From Octopus sinensis (Eukaryota): DNA of 64,000 nucleotides. The position numbers and the translations under genes were made by a program. The stretch covers positions 52,886,001-52,950,000 of the forward strand of contig NC_043010.1 of assembly GCF_006345805.1 (NCBI RefSeq). The letters run 5' to 3'. Numbering within the stretch: position 1 is the first letter of the stretch; each line of letters starts with the position of its first letter. The notes beneath the pieces are model-generated. The model saw only the letters and a program-made list of their open reading frames with translations, was not told the DNA's origin and did no database searches. This document shows, piece by piece, positions 39,926 to 53,290 of the stretch.

Positions 39926-40929
39926 CTCTGTTGTTGCTGCTGCTGTTGATGTTGTTTGTTCTTGTCATTGCTATTGTTCAGGCCCTGAACACCACATCTT
40001 TATTATTTTCCTCAAACAGTATGCAACAACACCCAAGTTTTCGACGTGTCCTTCCTCTTTGAGATAGACTGAGCTACTATTTTTAGCAGTTAGAGAGACG
40101 GTATAAAAGCCCTCCCATTAGCTTAGGATTAGGAGAGATTAGGTGCTTTGAAGTAGGGTGAAGCTGGCTGAAGTGGGATAGAATAACATAATAGTGCAAT
40201 GAGGTGGAGCAGGGAAATTGCCCCACCCCACACTGCATGGAGTAAATAAGGGCAGGGTGGGATGGGGGTGGGGGAAGGGATGAATGTTAGGGGAACAACT
40301 AGGAAACCATTCACTCTATGTTTCATAATGTCACCACCACCACCACAACAACAACAACATAAACACAACTACTACCACAGCTATCACCACCACCACCATC
40401 ACCATCATCATAAATACAACTGCTACCACAGCAGTCACCACCACTACCACCAAAACTACTGTCACCATCACCCGGATCACCGCTACCGACAACCTTATCA
40501 CTATCAGTGCAGTTATCACATTCATTGCTACTGCAATCCCCACCACCACTACCATCACCACAACCACCACTACCACCACCACCATTAAAAGCTATATCAT
40601 ATTACCAAGGCATGTTGTTATCAATCTGTCATCATTTTACAAGGAGCTTTGTTGTGATGGGTCTCAGATGAAGCAGGGAATCAATCCTACCCTCACTACA
40701 CATGTTCACCATAGCCGAGATGTGTATCATTATCCTCATCATCATCATCATCATTTCTATGAGACAGACTGAATTTAACAAGGCAGATTTTCTACAACCA
40801 GATGCCCTTCCGTTGCAAACCTTTACCTGTTTTCAAGCAAGGTAATATTGCCACATGGTCAGGCATGTTTTTCATGGAAGATAGAAATGGTCTCCCTCTC
40901 TCTCTCTGCCTGTCTCTCTCTCTTTTTCT

Positions 40930-41091
40930 CTCCTTGTTTCTTTCTGTGTTCTTTTCTGTGGAAGAGCGTAGGCTCGAAATGTTAAAGACTTTTTTACTTC
41001 CCGAGCATTATACATCTGTTATACGTCTGTTATACATCTGTTTGTTTCCTACATCACCTGTCTTCATCTTTTGTTTTTTTGTGAATTCTCC

Positions 41092-41094
<3 letters not shown>
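40930..41094 (+). mobile_element. Family P8 hammerhead element
   Basis: CTGTGGAAGAGCGTAGGCTCGAAATGTTAAAGA; tail TCTCCC abuts (TA)n. Confidence 0.7.
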
Positions 41095-41128
<34 letters not shown>

Positions 41129-41752
41129 AAAAGCGATTTATCTTCCTTCTTTCACTTCCTTCGTAAAGACAAGATGTGCTTTTACCTGTCTCTTCTCATA
41201 GCTTGTCTTTCCAGTGTTCATAATTTTTCACATCGTCTTGGCTTAACAGCCCTCACCATTCGTTTTTACTGTTTTGTTCTCACTTTCCTGTTTTTGTTAC
41301 CACTTTCACCCTCCACAAAAAAATCCCAAATTTTATTTAATTTGCTTTGCTGGAAGGACTGTTTCAACGAAGTCGCGTATTGTCCTTACCTTCGAAACGC
41401 AGAGTAGACGAAACAGGGACAACTGATGAAGGGGAATATTCTTTATGTTGCATGTCTCGTTTCTCTGTTTGTTTGTTTTTACGGGGACGTAAACACACCG
41501 CTTGACAATCAGTGTTGATGTGTTTATGTCCCCCGTAACTTAGCGGTTCAGCAAAAAAGATGGATAGAATAAGAAGTAGGCTTAAAAAATAAGACCCGGG
41601 CTCAATTTATTTGACTAAAACCGTTTCAAGGCGTTGCTCCAGCATGGTCGCAGTCAAACGACTGAAATGAATAAAACAATAAAAGAATAATAATAGAGAA
41701 CACAGGGTGGACAAAGGAGCTTTTCACCATCAACGTAGAGAAGATGGTGACA

Positions 41753-42130
41753 GAGGCGCAATGGCCCAGTGGTTAGGGCAGCGGACTCGCGGTCGTAGGA
41801 TCGCAGTTTCGATTCCCAGACCGAGTGTTGTGAGTGTTTATTGAGTGAAAACACCTAAAGCTCCACGAGGCTCCGGCAGGGGATGGTGGCGATCCCTGCT
41901 GTACTCTTTCACCACAACTTTCTCTCACTCTTACTTCCTGTTTCTGTTGTACCTGTATTTCAAAGGGGTCGGCCTTGTCACTCTCTGTGTCACGCTGAAT
42001 ATCCCCAAGAACTACGTTAAGGGTACACGTGTCTGTGGAGTGCTCAGCCACTTACACGTTAATTTCACGAGCAGGCTGTTCCGTTGATTCGGATCAACCA
42101 GAACCCTCGTCGTCGTAACCGACGGAGTGC
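41753..42130 (+). mobile_element. SINE-C reference copy (tRNA-derived head)
   Basis: A-box TGGCCCAGTGG, B-box GTTTCGATTCC; near-identical copy at 51131. Confidence 0.88.
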
Positions 42131-42401
42131 TTCCCAGAGAAGATGGTAGGGATGATGGTGAGAGAAACTTGCTTGGAACCAGACGTGATGCCAAGCTTCA
42201 TTATGTTCCCGCACTCATTTCTCTTTTCCTGTATGATGTTGTTGTTGCTGTTGCCGTTGTTACTGCTATTATTTCGACCATCGTGTGTGGATCTAGTCTA
42301 AAATAGACACCATGTATATATATATATATAAGAAGGCAGGTAAAGGTTACTGATGTAATCAAGGGGAATGTTGAATTATTAATCAACAAGTGTCTCGTTA
42401 C

Positions 42402-42413
42402 CTGGCAGATCAT
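42402..42413 (-). CDS. Candidate micro first coding exon (MICQ, phase 0)
   Basis: Minus strand GCGCC-ATG-ATC-TGC-CAG|GTAACG in unique sequence. Confidence 0.3.
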
Positions 42414-42601
42414 GGCGCTGGCTGCCCCGTTGTAGTAGCTGTGGTTCTCTTGCAAGAATTAATAATTATCGTTACTGTTTGCTTTATTTTATTTTATCAT
42501 TTATTTAATTTTTTTTTTCTTTCTGAGTCTTTCATCTTTCTTTTACTTGTTTCAGTCATTAGACTGTGGCCATACTGGGACACTCTCTCAAAGAATTTTA
42601 T

Positions 42602-42918
42602 AGGTGTAGGAGTGGCTGTGTGGTAAGTAGCTTGCTTACCAACCACATGGTTTTCTGGGTTCAGTCCCACTGTAGGGCACCTTGGGCAAGTGTCTTCTAC
42701 TATAGCCTCAGGCCAACCAAAGCCTTGTGAGTGGATTTGGTAGATGGAAACTGAAAGAAGCCCGTCGTATATATGTATATACATATGTGTGTGTGTGTGT
42801 GTATGTGTTTATCCCCTCAACATTGCTTCACAACCGATGCTGGTGTGTTTACGTCCCCGTAACTTAGCAGTTCGGCAAAAAGGACCAATAGAATAAGTAC
42901 AAGGCTTACAAAGAATAA
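42602..42918 (+). mobile_element. SINE-A, 3'-truncated
   Basis: Match to 35498. Confidence 0.85.
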
Positions 42919-42947
42919 TATAAGACTATATATATATATATATAATC

Positions 42948-43145
42948 GAGTTGGCAGAATAGTTAGCATGCCAGATAAAATGCTTAGTGCTGCTACATTC
43001 TGAGTTCAAATTCCACTGAGGCTGACTCTGCCTTTCAGCCTTTTGGGGTCGATAAATTAAGTACCAGTTGAGTACTGGGGTCAATGTAATCAACTAGTCC
43101 TCTCTGGCCAAAAATTTCAGACCTTGTGCCTATAGTAGAAAGGAT
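42948..43145 (+). mobile_element. SINE-B
   Basis: Match to 38940. Confidence 0.8.
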
Positions 43146-43169
43146 TATTATTATTATCATTATTATTAT

Positions 43170-43723
43170 TGAGTGAGAGAGCAGTGCATGCCATCAAAGT
43201 GACACTGGGGTACAAATATATCAAGCCCAGTTTACCCATCATGACTACCCTCTGATAAGGGTACACCAGGCACATGCATCACAACCACATGTGCGCAACA
43301 TGGGGATCTCATATCAAAATAAACAGTGCATGACTTTGCAGGTGGGGACCAGGTAGAATTTTTTCTGGTCGAGTAGCCCATCCCGCTCAAAAGGTCCCTG
43401 AATAAGGGTTGCTTAAGGATGTTGAAAGAAACACCCATATTTCCAAAGGTGAATTATCCAAACCTCCAAGAATTTCTTTCAACACACGACTATGATACTC
43501 CCCCACTACTTCTGCTCGTGATCAGAGATGCACATATCATCAGCCACTAAGGGACATACTCAACTGGTTAAGGTCAAGCAACTGACAAGCAAATCTGTGG
43601 TATTGAGCAGAATATTTGCTGTAGCCCATCTTTTATACCAAGACAAAACAATGTACATGATAACACTTCCAATCAGTTAAGATCAGAAGCCATGAGAGCC
43701 ACTGCCAGGTACTGCATCAGGGC
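43170..43723 (-). mobile_element. (AAT)n-embedded element, full-length copy
   Basis: Same termini as 13324-13860; (ATT)n on both sides. Confidence 0.82.
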
Positions 43724-44347
43724 ATTTATTATTATCATCATTATTATTATTATTCTATGTTTGACTTTTGCTTTATATTTGTACAAGTTGGCTCCAAGTC
43801 TCACCCAGAGACCTCAAGAAGCAACAGGTTGGAAGTTCATGTTGTTGTTATGCCTAGTGTGCCATATATTTGGGGGTTTTTTTTGTGTTGTACTAGTAAA
43901 TGTCCAAAAAAAAAAAAAATTATGTTTATTATAATAATAATTATAATAATTATAATAATAATGATAACAATATCAGGGCATTCTACTTCTTATTATTATC
44001 ATCATCGTCATCCTTATTAGCAGCAGCTGCTGCTGTTGTCATATTGGTTATTGTTATTAGAGTTTCAGAGAAAATACTCCGAGTACTTAAGGTTGACATT
44101 ATTGCTGTCGTTGTTCATTAACTTCAGGCTGGCCATGATCAGACAGATCTGTAATTAAAACTGTTCCAACTGTGACTAAGGTATGTTTTATTGAGACGAT
44201 AATGTATGTAAGTCTATGTCATTATTTGTGATCAATAATGTAAGAAGGCTTAGCTGTTATGTCTAACCTGTTTAGTGACCGTCGATGGCACATACATACA
44301 CACATCAACTGCAAGTTGTGCTTTAGTGTCTTATGAATGCTGCATGT

Positions 44348-45122
44348 CTCTTTTACTTGTTTCAGTCACTTGACTATGGCCATACTGGAGCACTGCCTTT
44401 AGTCGAGCAAATCGACCCCCAGGACTTATTCTTTGTAAACCTAGTACTTATTCTATTGGTCTCTTTTGCTGAACTGCTAAGTTATGAGGACTTAAACACA
44501 CCAGCATCAATTGTCGAGCGATGGTGGGGGACAAACACAGATACACAAACATACACACACACACACACATACACACACACACACACACACCACACACACA
44601 CATATACATATATACGACGGGCTTCTTTCAGTTTCTGTCTACCAAATCCACTCAAGGCTTTGGTCAGCCCGATGCTATAGCAGAGGACACTTGCCCAAGG
44701 TGCCATGCAGTGGGACTGAACCTGGAACCATGTGCGTATGAACCAATGAGAAGGAGCTTTATATAATAGCTAGATCTGGTTTTTGTTGAAGAAATTGACC
44801 CCAGGATTTATTCTTTGTATGCCTAGTACATATTTTATCAGTCTCTTTTGCCGAATGGCTAAGTTACGGAGAGATAAACACACCAGTATCAGTTGTCAAG
44901 CGGTGGCGGAGGAAAAAAAAAATCAGAAACACACACACAAATACACACACACACACCACACACACACAAACGATGGGCTTTCAGTTTCTGTCAACCAAAT
45001 CTATTCACAAAGCTTTGGTTGGCCTGAGGCTATAGTAGAAGATACTCAGTGAAGGTGCCACACAGTGGGACTGAACCTAGAACCATGTGGCTGGGAAGCA
45101 AACTTCTTACCACACAGCCACG
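44348..45122 (-). mobile_element. Two tandem SINE-A copies
   Basis: 44348-44735 and 44785-45122 both match 35498 in reverse. Confidence 0.85.
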
Positions 45123-45348
45123 AGCAGCTTCTAATTCTTATTAGAATCTTTTCTGTGGTATGAAGCGTTGGGGACATACCAGCAGATTGGTTCGTAAATT
45201 ATTTTGCACATGGTTATAGACATCAGGCCTTGTTTTGGGTACACAGTATTGATGAGTCATAATAAGGATGAAACATTGATGTCTATCACTTCTGAATGGA
45301 ACTGGATGTAAGCTATTTCACTTGTCTAAGACTTCTAGGTATTTTAAA

Positions 45349-46035
45349 CAGGGCTGTGGAGTCAAAACAAAAAACTTTGACTCTGACTCCTCTACTATTG
45401 GCACCTCTGATTTCGACTCCTCTACTATTGGCACCTCCGACTCCTACTCCTCTACTATTGGCATCTCCAACTCCGACTCCTCTACTATTGGCATCTCCGA
45501 CTAACTCCTCTACTATTGGCACCTCCAACTCCAACTCCTCTACTATTGGCACCTCCGACTTCGACGCCTCTACTATTGGCACCTCCAACTCCGACTTCTC
45601 TACTATTGGCATCTCTGACTCCAACTCCGACTCCTCTACTATTGGCATCTCCGACTCCAACTCCTCTACTATTGGCATCTCTGACTCCAACTCCGACTCC
45701 TCTACTATTGGCATCTCCGATTCCGACTCCGACTCCTCTACTATTGGCACCTCCAACTCCGACTCCTCTACTATTGGCATCTCTGACTCCAGCTCCGACT
45801 CCTCTACTATTGGCACCTCTGACTCCGACTCCTCTTTATGTAATTAAGTGACTGTGGTCTTACATATCTCCATAAAGCATGTGCATACACTTGTACTTTG
45901 AATAGGTCTATATGTTATAACTGGTTTATGTTTAAGAATAAAGACATTGTGAGTCAGATTTGGAGTCGGTATAGTTTTACCAACTCCGACTCCAGCTACC
46001 CCTTAACTGTTTACGACTCTGACTCCACAGCCCTG
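45349..46035. mobile_element. hAT-type MITE with internal 24/30-bp minisatellite
   Basis: Perfect TIR CAGGGCTGTGGAGTC / GACTCCACAGCCCTG; degenerate TSD ATTTTAAA / GTTTTAAC; many CTCTACTATTGGCA units at 45385-45830. Confidence 0.85.
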
Positions 46036-46564
46036 GTTTTAACACCAGGCAAATTGATGAGAATATATTCTCTTATGCCTATAAGCACAGCCTATATCCC
46101 TCAAGCTCTTTCTAATTCATATTTGAATACACACACACGCACATATATACATGGACACAAAATGCATACAGATATACATTGATGCATTCATACCTATACA
46201 CATTACATACGTATGACATTTAAAAGGATTTATTTAAATTACTATTATACACATGTTTCTTATCAAAATTCACGTGTGTGTGTGTGTGTGCATGCGAGTA
46301 TGTGTGTGTATGTGTGTGTGATATTCTTTCACTCTATGATCAAAAATTGAAAATGGGAAATAATGGAAAGACACCAGCATTGAAGTTCTGAAATTTTGAT
46401 GAATGTGTCTGTGTCTGTGTCTGTGTGTGTGTGTGTGTGTGTGTGCATGTGTGTGTGTGTGTGTGTGTGTGTACGTGAGCATGTATGTATGTATGTATGT
46501 ATGTATGTATGTATGTATGTATGCATATATGTATGTATATATGTTTATATATCTCCCCCTCTCC

Positions 46565-46611
<47 letters not shown>

Positions 46612-46686
46612 TATACATAAATATATTTATATATAGATAGATAGATACACACACACACATATATATATATATACACACACACACGC

Positions 46687-46717
<31 letters not shown>

Positions 46718-47130
46718 TGTATATATATATATATATATACATACATATGCACAGGTCTGTGATCACAAACAGTAAGTGGAGATATTGCCGAATAGTATTA
46801 ATATTAATACCATACTGTGCACTGTTCAAGCACCCAACCCCTTTTCTTTCTTTCTTTTTTCCCCCCAACCAACCTTTTCAAAATTTTCTTCAGATTCCTA
46901 TTTCCAACAACAGGAGTTATAATTTTGCACCCTACCACAAAAAAAAAAAAACTAAAAAAAAATATAAAAAACTTAGAATTTTTTCAATTATTTCTAGGAA
47001 GCAATGTAGGACTTCACGCTTAAATAAAGGGACATTGTGATACTGTAAGCTGAAACCAGGATTTTTTTTTTGTAATTTTTAAAATCATTTTCAAAATTTC
47101 AAAACATCAAATGCTGGTTGCTTACCTTAC

Positions 47131-47136
47131 CTTCAT
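47131..47136 (-). CDS. Candidate micro first coding exon (MK, phase 0)
   Basis: Minus strand AAAA-ATG-AAG|GTAAGGTAAG. Confidence 0.22.
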
Positions 47137-47194
47137 TTTTCACTTTCAATTTGTGATCATAAAGCAAAAGGATTCAACATGAATATATATATAT

Positions 47195-47236
<42 letters not shown>

Positions 47237-47376
47237 GTGATGATGACAATGATGATGATGACAACAACGATAATGACAATGATAATGTTGATGATGATGA
47301 TTATGATGACGATGATGATGACGATGATGATGATAATGACGATGTTATATATATATTTATATATGTTAAACGATGA

Positions 47377-47414
<38 letters not shown>

Positions 47415-47415
<1 letters not shown>

Positions 47416-47809
47416 TAGCAGTATCGCCCGGCGTTGCTCGGGTTTGTAAGGGAAATAATTATATAAGCATTTTTAGAGATGTAAAGTATAATAGCCATCT
47501 CAATATGGCTAACCACAAAGGGGGAGGGGTGTTACTGTAGCTTTTTACGTTCTGAGATTTAATAATAAATTTAAGAGAGTTACTTCCCTTATATATGTCA
47601 AAAATGGATTAAAAATGGGAAAAATTGATGGTAAATTTTTTTTTAAATCGTAGACTCATCGTAGACGCGCGCTAATACCCAGACGGTCTCGATATGAATC
47701 ACGACTATAAGATACCCGGTTTTGGTTAAACTGCACCGCAAAATGTGGGAGTAGTTAGGAATCTAAATCGTAGGAGACAGACACACAACCTCACTTTTAT
47801 ATATAAAGA
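47415..47809 (-). mobile_element. Non-autonomous Helitron
   Basis: Same termini and body as 32356-32754. Confidence 0.88.
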
Positions 47810-47909
47810 TTTCCTCTATTTACATAATATTGAGGTCTCTTTCTTTCTTTTGTTATCTTACTGTTTTTACCAATATACATATATATATATATATATAATA
47901 TATATATAG

Positions 47910-48231
47910 TTACAGAGATGTACTTGCATAGCAAGTGACTTGATCTGAGATCGTGTGCTGGAACGAAAACAGTTGCAGCGTTGAAGGTGTTTATAAGCCA
48001 TTTAAGAAACACACAAAAACCGTTAGATTCACTTCAACATTTAAATTTAATTTGTCAAAATATTTTCGTCGCTTTGAGACCGCGACCTGTTAGCACGATA
48101 TTTTTGTCAGTGAACAGGTCGCGGTCTCAAAGCGACGAAAATATTTTGGCAAATTAAATTTAAATGTTGAAGTGAATGTAACGGTTTTTGTGTGTTTCTT
48201 AAATGGCTTACAAACACCTTCCACGCTGCAA
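47910..48231. mobile_element. Fold-back element with G3-C8 hammerhead variant (family P5)
   Basis: ~118-bp arms at 47973-48231, (TA)n on both sides; partial copy at 62815-62952. Confidence 0.75.
48103..48153 (+). ncRNA. Minimal type I hammerhead ribozyme motif (G3-C8 swap)
   Basis: TTTGTCA-GTGAACA-G-GTCGC-GGTCTCAAA-GCGAC-GAA-AATATT-T-TGGCAAA. Confidence 0.65.
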
Positions 48232-48587
48232 TATATATATACACACACATATATATATGTATGTATGTGTGTATATGTGTATGCATGTATGTGTGTGTGT
48301 GTGCGTGTCTGTGCTTGTGATTGTCCTCCACCACTGCTTGACAACGAATGTTGGTTTGTTTACATCCCTGTCACCTAGTGGTTTGACAAAGGAAATAGAT
48401 AGAATAAGTACAATGCTTACAAAAATAAAACTGGATTTGATTCATTAAACTACAATTCTTCAAGGCATTGCCCCAGCATGGCCACAGACCAATGGCTGGA
48501 AAAAGCAGAAGAATAAAAGAATACATTCTCTGCTTTGGTCTTATGTTCAAGGCATGAGAAAGCTTGAGTTTACATGAGAAGGCCTAG

Positions 48588-48855
48588 CAGACCTGGTAGA
48601 AATAGCAGCCAAATCTCCCTCAAATCACACCTTACTGTCTTATGTATGTATATATATATGAGCCAATGAGGGGGACCTCTACATGGTAGCTAGACCTGGT
48701 AGAAATAGCAGCCAAATTTCCCCCAAATCACACCTTACTGTCTTATCTATGTATATATGTATGTATGAGCCTATGAGGGAGACCCCTACATGGCAGCTAG
48801 ACATGGTAGAAATAGCAGCCAAATCTCCCTCAAATCACACCTTCCTGTCTTATCT
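48588..48855. repeat. Three tandem ~100-110-bp units
   Basis: TGGTAGAAATAGCAGCCAAAT..CAAATCACACCTT occurs three times. Confidence 0.85.
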
Positions 48856-48951
48856 TTCTGCTACTTGGATATAGGTGTCATATTCGTCGTAAAAAACTTT
48901 CCTGTCACACACTCACGCACACGCACACACACACACACACACACGCACCCT

Positions 48952-48982
<31 letters not shown>

Positions 48983-49568
48983 ACACGCACGTTAGCTTAC
49001 AATTTTATTTATATATTTGCGTGTCTATGTGTGGAAAGAGGAAGTGGGAGGCAGAGTGAAAGAATCACTCACTACAGTAAGTGAATTAGTTTCATTTTAT
49101 TCGTTGCCCACTGTGTGTGTGCGTTTGCGTGTGGTGTAAACCAGACTAAGAAAAGCATTTGACACACACACCAGAATGTGAGTTTTCTGTAAATTTTGCT
49201 TAATTGGAGTTTAAATTTTAAAAACTGGACCTGCCATGATGCGATGCATTGTACTCTTAAAAATGCTAGGTAAATTGTAATTGAAGAAATCCTATATTGT
49301 AGATTTCTATAACTCCCAAAGGGAAGCAGATAAAATCTGCCTTTTATAATAAGAGATATATATATAATATAATATAATATAATATAATATAATATAATAT
49401 AATATATATATAATATAATGTATATATAATATAATATATATATATATTTATATGTAAATATATATAATATATATATATGTATATAATATATATATTTAAT
49501 ATATATATAATATGTATATATATTTATATGTAGCTATATATAATATATATAATATATATATTTAATAT

Positions 49569-49599
<31 letters not shown>

Positions 49600-49644
49600 G
49601 AAATATAATATATATATATAAATATAATATATATATATAAAATA

Positions 49645-49680
<36 letters not shown>

Positions 49681-49992
49681 CACACATACACATACACACA
49701 CACACACAAATGCAGGTATATCAAATAGCATGCAACAAAAATTCTCTAGTTATTAAAAGTATCTGTGCCTCTAGAACAGTGTTTCTCAACTTCTTTTTAC
49801 CTATGGACCCCTTTGGTCACTATTTAGGAAGGGTATCCACTATTAGAAAGGGTATCCAGTTGCAGAAACCAAGCTAAAACAAAAAAAAAAAAAAGAAAAA
49901 GAAAAAGACCATGCAACCTGGTGCAACACGTGGATTTGCCAGTTCCTGTCAAGACTTCCAGAACATGATAGCATGGAATATAGACATTAAAA

Positions 49993-50098
49993 GATGATTA
50001 TGATGATGACGACGACAATGATGATGATGATGACAATGATGATGATGACGATGACGACGATGATGATGATGATGATGATGGCAATGATGATGATGATA

Positions 50099-50137
<39 letters not shown>

Positions 50138-50188
50138 GCAACGATGATGATAACGACGACGATGAGGATGATGATGATGATGATGATA

Positions 50189-50223
<35 letters not shown>

Positions 50224-50446
50224 AAGGATGATGACGATGACGATGATGATGATGATGATGATAAGGATGATGATGATGATGATGATGATGACGATGACAA
50301 TGATGATGATGACGATGATGATGATGATGATGGCAATGATGATGATGATAAGGATGATGATGATGATGATGATGATGACGATGACAATGATGATGATGAC
50401 GATGACGATGATGATGATGATGATGATGGCAATGATGATGATGATA

Positions 50447-50482
<36 letters not shown>

Positions 50483-50500
50483 GCAATGATGATGATGATA

Positions 50501-50544
<44 letters not shown>

Positions 50545-50644
50545 AAGGATGATGACGATGACGATGATGATGATGATGATGGCAATGATGATGATGATAA
50601 GGATGATGATGATGATGATGATGATGGCAATGATGATGATGATA

Positions 50645-50694
<50 letters not shown>

Positions 50695-50713
50695 GATGAT
50701 AACGACGACGATG

Positions 50714-50748
<35 letters not shown>

Positions 50749-50779
50749 AATGATGACAATGATGGTGATGATAATGACA

Positions 50780-50813
<34 letters not shown>

Positions 50814-50818
50814 CAATG
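49993..50818. repeat. ~820-bp (GAT)n array with recurring GGCAAT and GATAAG interruptions
   Basis: Directly visible; begins at a SINE-D-like 3' end (GCATGGAA..GACATTAAAA). Confidence 0.95.
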
Positions 50819-50819
50819 A

Positions 50820-51090
50820 CTGGCACCTTGACTGGCTTCTGTGCCGGTGACACGTAAAAAAGCATCAACCGATCATGGTCGTTTTCCAGCCTCCTCTGCC
50901 CTCTGTGCCGGCGGCACGTAAAAAGCACCCACTACACTCACGGAGTGGTTGGCATTAGGAAGGGCATCCAGCCGTAGAAACACTGCCAGATCAGACTGGA
51001 GCCTGGCGCAGCTTCTTGGCTTCCCAGACCCCGGTCGAAACGTCCAACCCAAGCTAGCATGGAAAACGGACATTAAACGATGATGATGAT
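50820..51090 (+). mobile_element. SINE-D
   Basis: Match to 4165 and 19700. Confidence 0.85.
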
Positions 51091-51130
51091 TATTATTATT
51101 TTGAATTATCCATGGTTACATTGCAGACTG

Positions 51131-51510
51131 TGGAGGCGCAATGGCCCCGTGGTTAGGGTAGTAGACTCAGAGTCTTAGGATCATGGTTTTGATTCCCAGA
51201 CTGGGCATTGTGAGTGTTTATTGAGCAAAAACACCTGAAGCTCCACGAGGCTCCAGCAGGGAGAGATGGTGAGCCCTGCTGTACTCTTTTGCCACAACTT
51301 TCTCCCTCTGTTTCTTCCTGTTTCTGTTGTAACTGTATTTCGAAGGGGCCAGCCTTGTCACACTCTGTGTCACGCTGAATCTCCCCAAGAACTACGTTAA
51401 GGGTACACATGTCTGCGGAGTGCTCAGCCACTTGCACGTTCATTTCACAAGCAGGCTGTTCCGTTGATCGGATCAACTGGAACCCTCGTCGTTGCAACTG
51501 ACGGAGTGCC
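51131..51510 (+). mobile_element. SINE-C
   Basis: Match to 41753. Confidence 0.88.
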
Positions 51511-52161
51511 AACAAAAGTATATTGCAGACTCAAGATTTCAATGAAAAGACAGCTTTTTGTCTTCTACTATAGCCTCGTGCCAACCAAAGCCTTGTGAGT
51601 GGATTTGGAAGACGGAAACTGAAAGAAGCCCATCGCTGGTGTCATGTTAAAAGCACCATCCGATTGTGGCTGTTGTTAGCCTCGCCTGGCCCCCGTGCAC
51701 CATCCGACCGTGGTCATTTGCTAGCCCCGTTGGCACGTAAAAAGCACCCACTACACTCACGGAGTGGTTGGTGTTAGGAAGGGCATCCAGCCGTAGAAAC
51801 ATTGCCAGATCAGACTGGTCTTGGTGCAGCCTTCTGGCTTCCCAGACCCCAGTTGAACCGTCCAACCCATGCTAGCATGGAAAGCAGATGCTAAATGATG
51901 ATGAAAATGATGATGATGATATTGTATGTGTGTGTATATGTTTGTCTGTGTTTGCCCCTCAACATGCGGTTGTGTTTACGTCCCCGTAACTTAGCGGTTC
52001 GGCAAAAGACACCGATAGAATAAGTACTAGGCTTATAAAGAATAAGTCGTGGGGTCAATTTGCTCGAATAAAGGGGGTGCTCCAGCATGGCCACAATCAA
52101 ATGACTGAAACAAGTAAAAGAGGAAAGAGAGTATACTTTATATGTTTAAGAACCATGATAA

Positions 52162-52528
52162 TCTCTCTATATATAAATGGCAAAATGTCTGCGTGTGTGT
52201 CCTTTATACAAATCCACAATTTTTCAGTTAGAGGGCTCGCACTTTCTATGGTCATTCAAAACCGTCCAAGGGTGGTCGTACACATCTTTACATTTCCCCA
52301 GTCACCCCGCAAAGCCATTAAAAAAATCAATAGAAGTGACTACTTTTTGTGAATTTTCTATCCAAAACCCAATCAAAATGCCCAAAACTTGATACGCCAA
52401 TTGAATGCCAGCTAGCTGTATGTGATTGGTCGGAGGTTTGGACAGTACTCGCGTGTATGTGCGCACGCACGCATCTGTATATGCATGCACTAGCATTATG
52501 ACTCGTCGTTGCCAGGTTATAGTGCTAG
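52162..52528 (+). mobile_element. Non-autonomous Helitron, third family
   Basis: A|TCTCTCTATATATAA start, degenerate subterminal hairpin, CTAG|T end. Confidence 0.65.
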
Positions 52529-52624
52529 TATTTATATATAATCGAATGTTTACAGGTATGGTGTAATATATAAAGTCGTTGACTCGAATTTGATGTTTGC
52601 TCTATGATCAATGTTTCTTTATCT

Positions 52625-53230
52625 CTCATTTATTTGTTTCAGTCATTTGACTGTGGCCATGCTGGAGCACCGCCTTTAGTCGAGCAAATCGATCCCAGGA
52701 CTTATTCTTTGTAAGCCTAGTACTTATTCTATTGGTCTCTTTTGCCGAACCGCTAAGTTACGGTGACGTAAACACACCAGCATCGGTTGTCAAGCGATGG
52801 TGGGGAGGGACAAACACAACACATATATATACATATATATGACGGACTTCTTTCAGTTTCCATCTACCAAATCCACTCACAAGGCTTTGGTCGGCCCGAG
52901 GTTATAGCAGGAGACACTTGCCCAAGGTGCCATGCAGTGGGACTGAACCCGGAACCATGTGGTTCGTAAGCAAGCTACTTACCACACAGCCACTCAGCAC
53001 TTCTTTTTCGAAGTCCTATAAATCCTTTTGTTTCATAAAAAGAGACAAAAATTATTTCTTGCATATATATATGAGTGGCTGTGTGGTAAGTAGCTTGCTA
53101 ACCAACCACATGGTTCCGGGTTCAGTCCCACTGCGTGGCATCTTGGGCAAGTGTCTTCTGCTATAGCCCCGGGCCGACCAATGCCTTGTGAGTGGATTTG
53201 GTAGACGGAAACTGAAAGAAGACTGTCGTA

Positions 53231-53290
<60 letters not shown>

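Noticed and set aside
41345-41445. Hammerhead (GAAGG..CCTTC-GAAACG and a separate CTGATGA)
   Set aside because: Core halves are in the wrong order or incomplete; at most a decayed PLE tail. Similar partial remnants at ~35315-35370, 36775-36795 and 56296-56310 were not called
41753-41825. tRNA gene
   Set aside because: A/B boxes present but continuous with a multi-copy SINE body and no clean cloverleaf; same for the other SINE heads
45385-45830. CRISPR-like regular repeats
   Set aside because: No unique spacers, inside a MITE, eukaryotic context, no cas genes; likewise the 20.6 and 48.6 kb arrays
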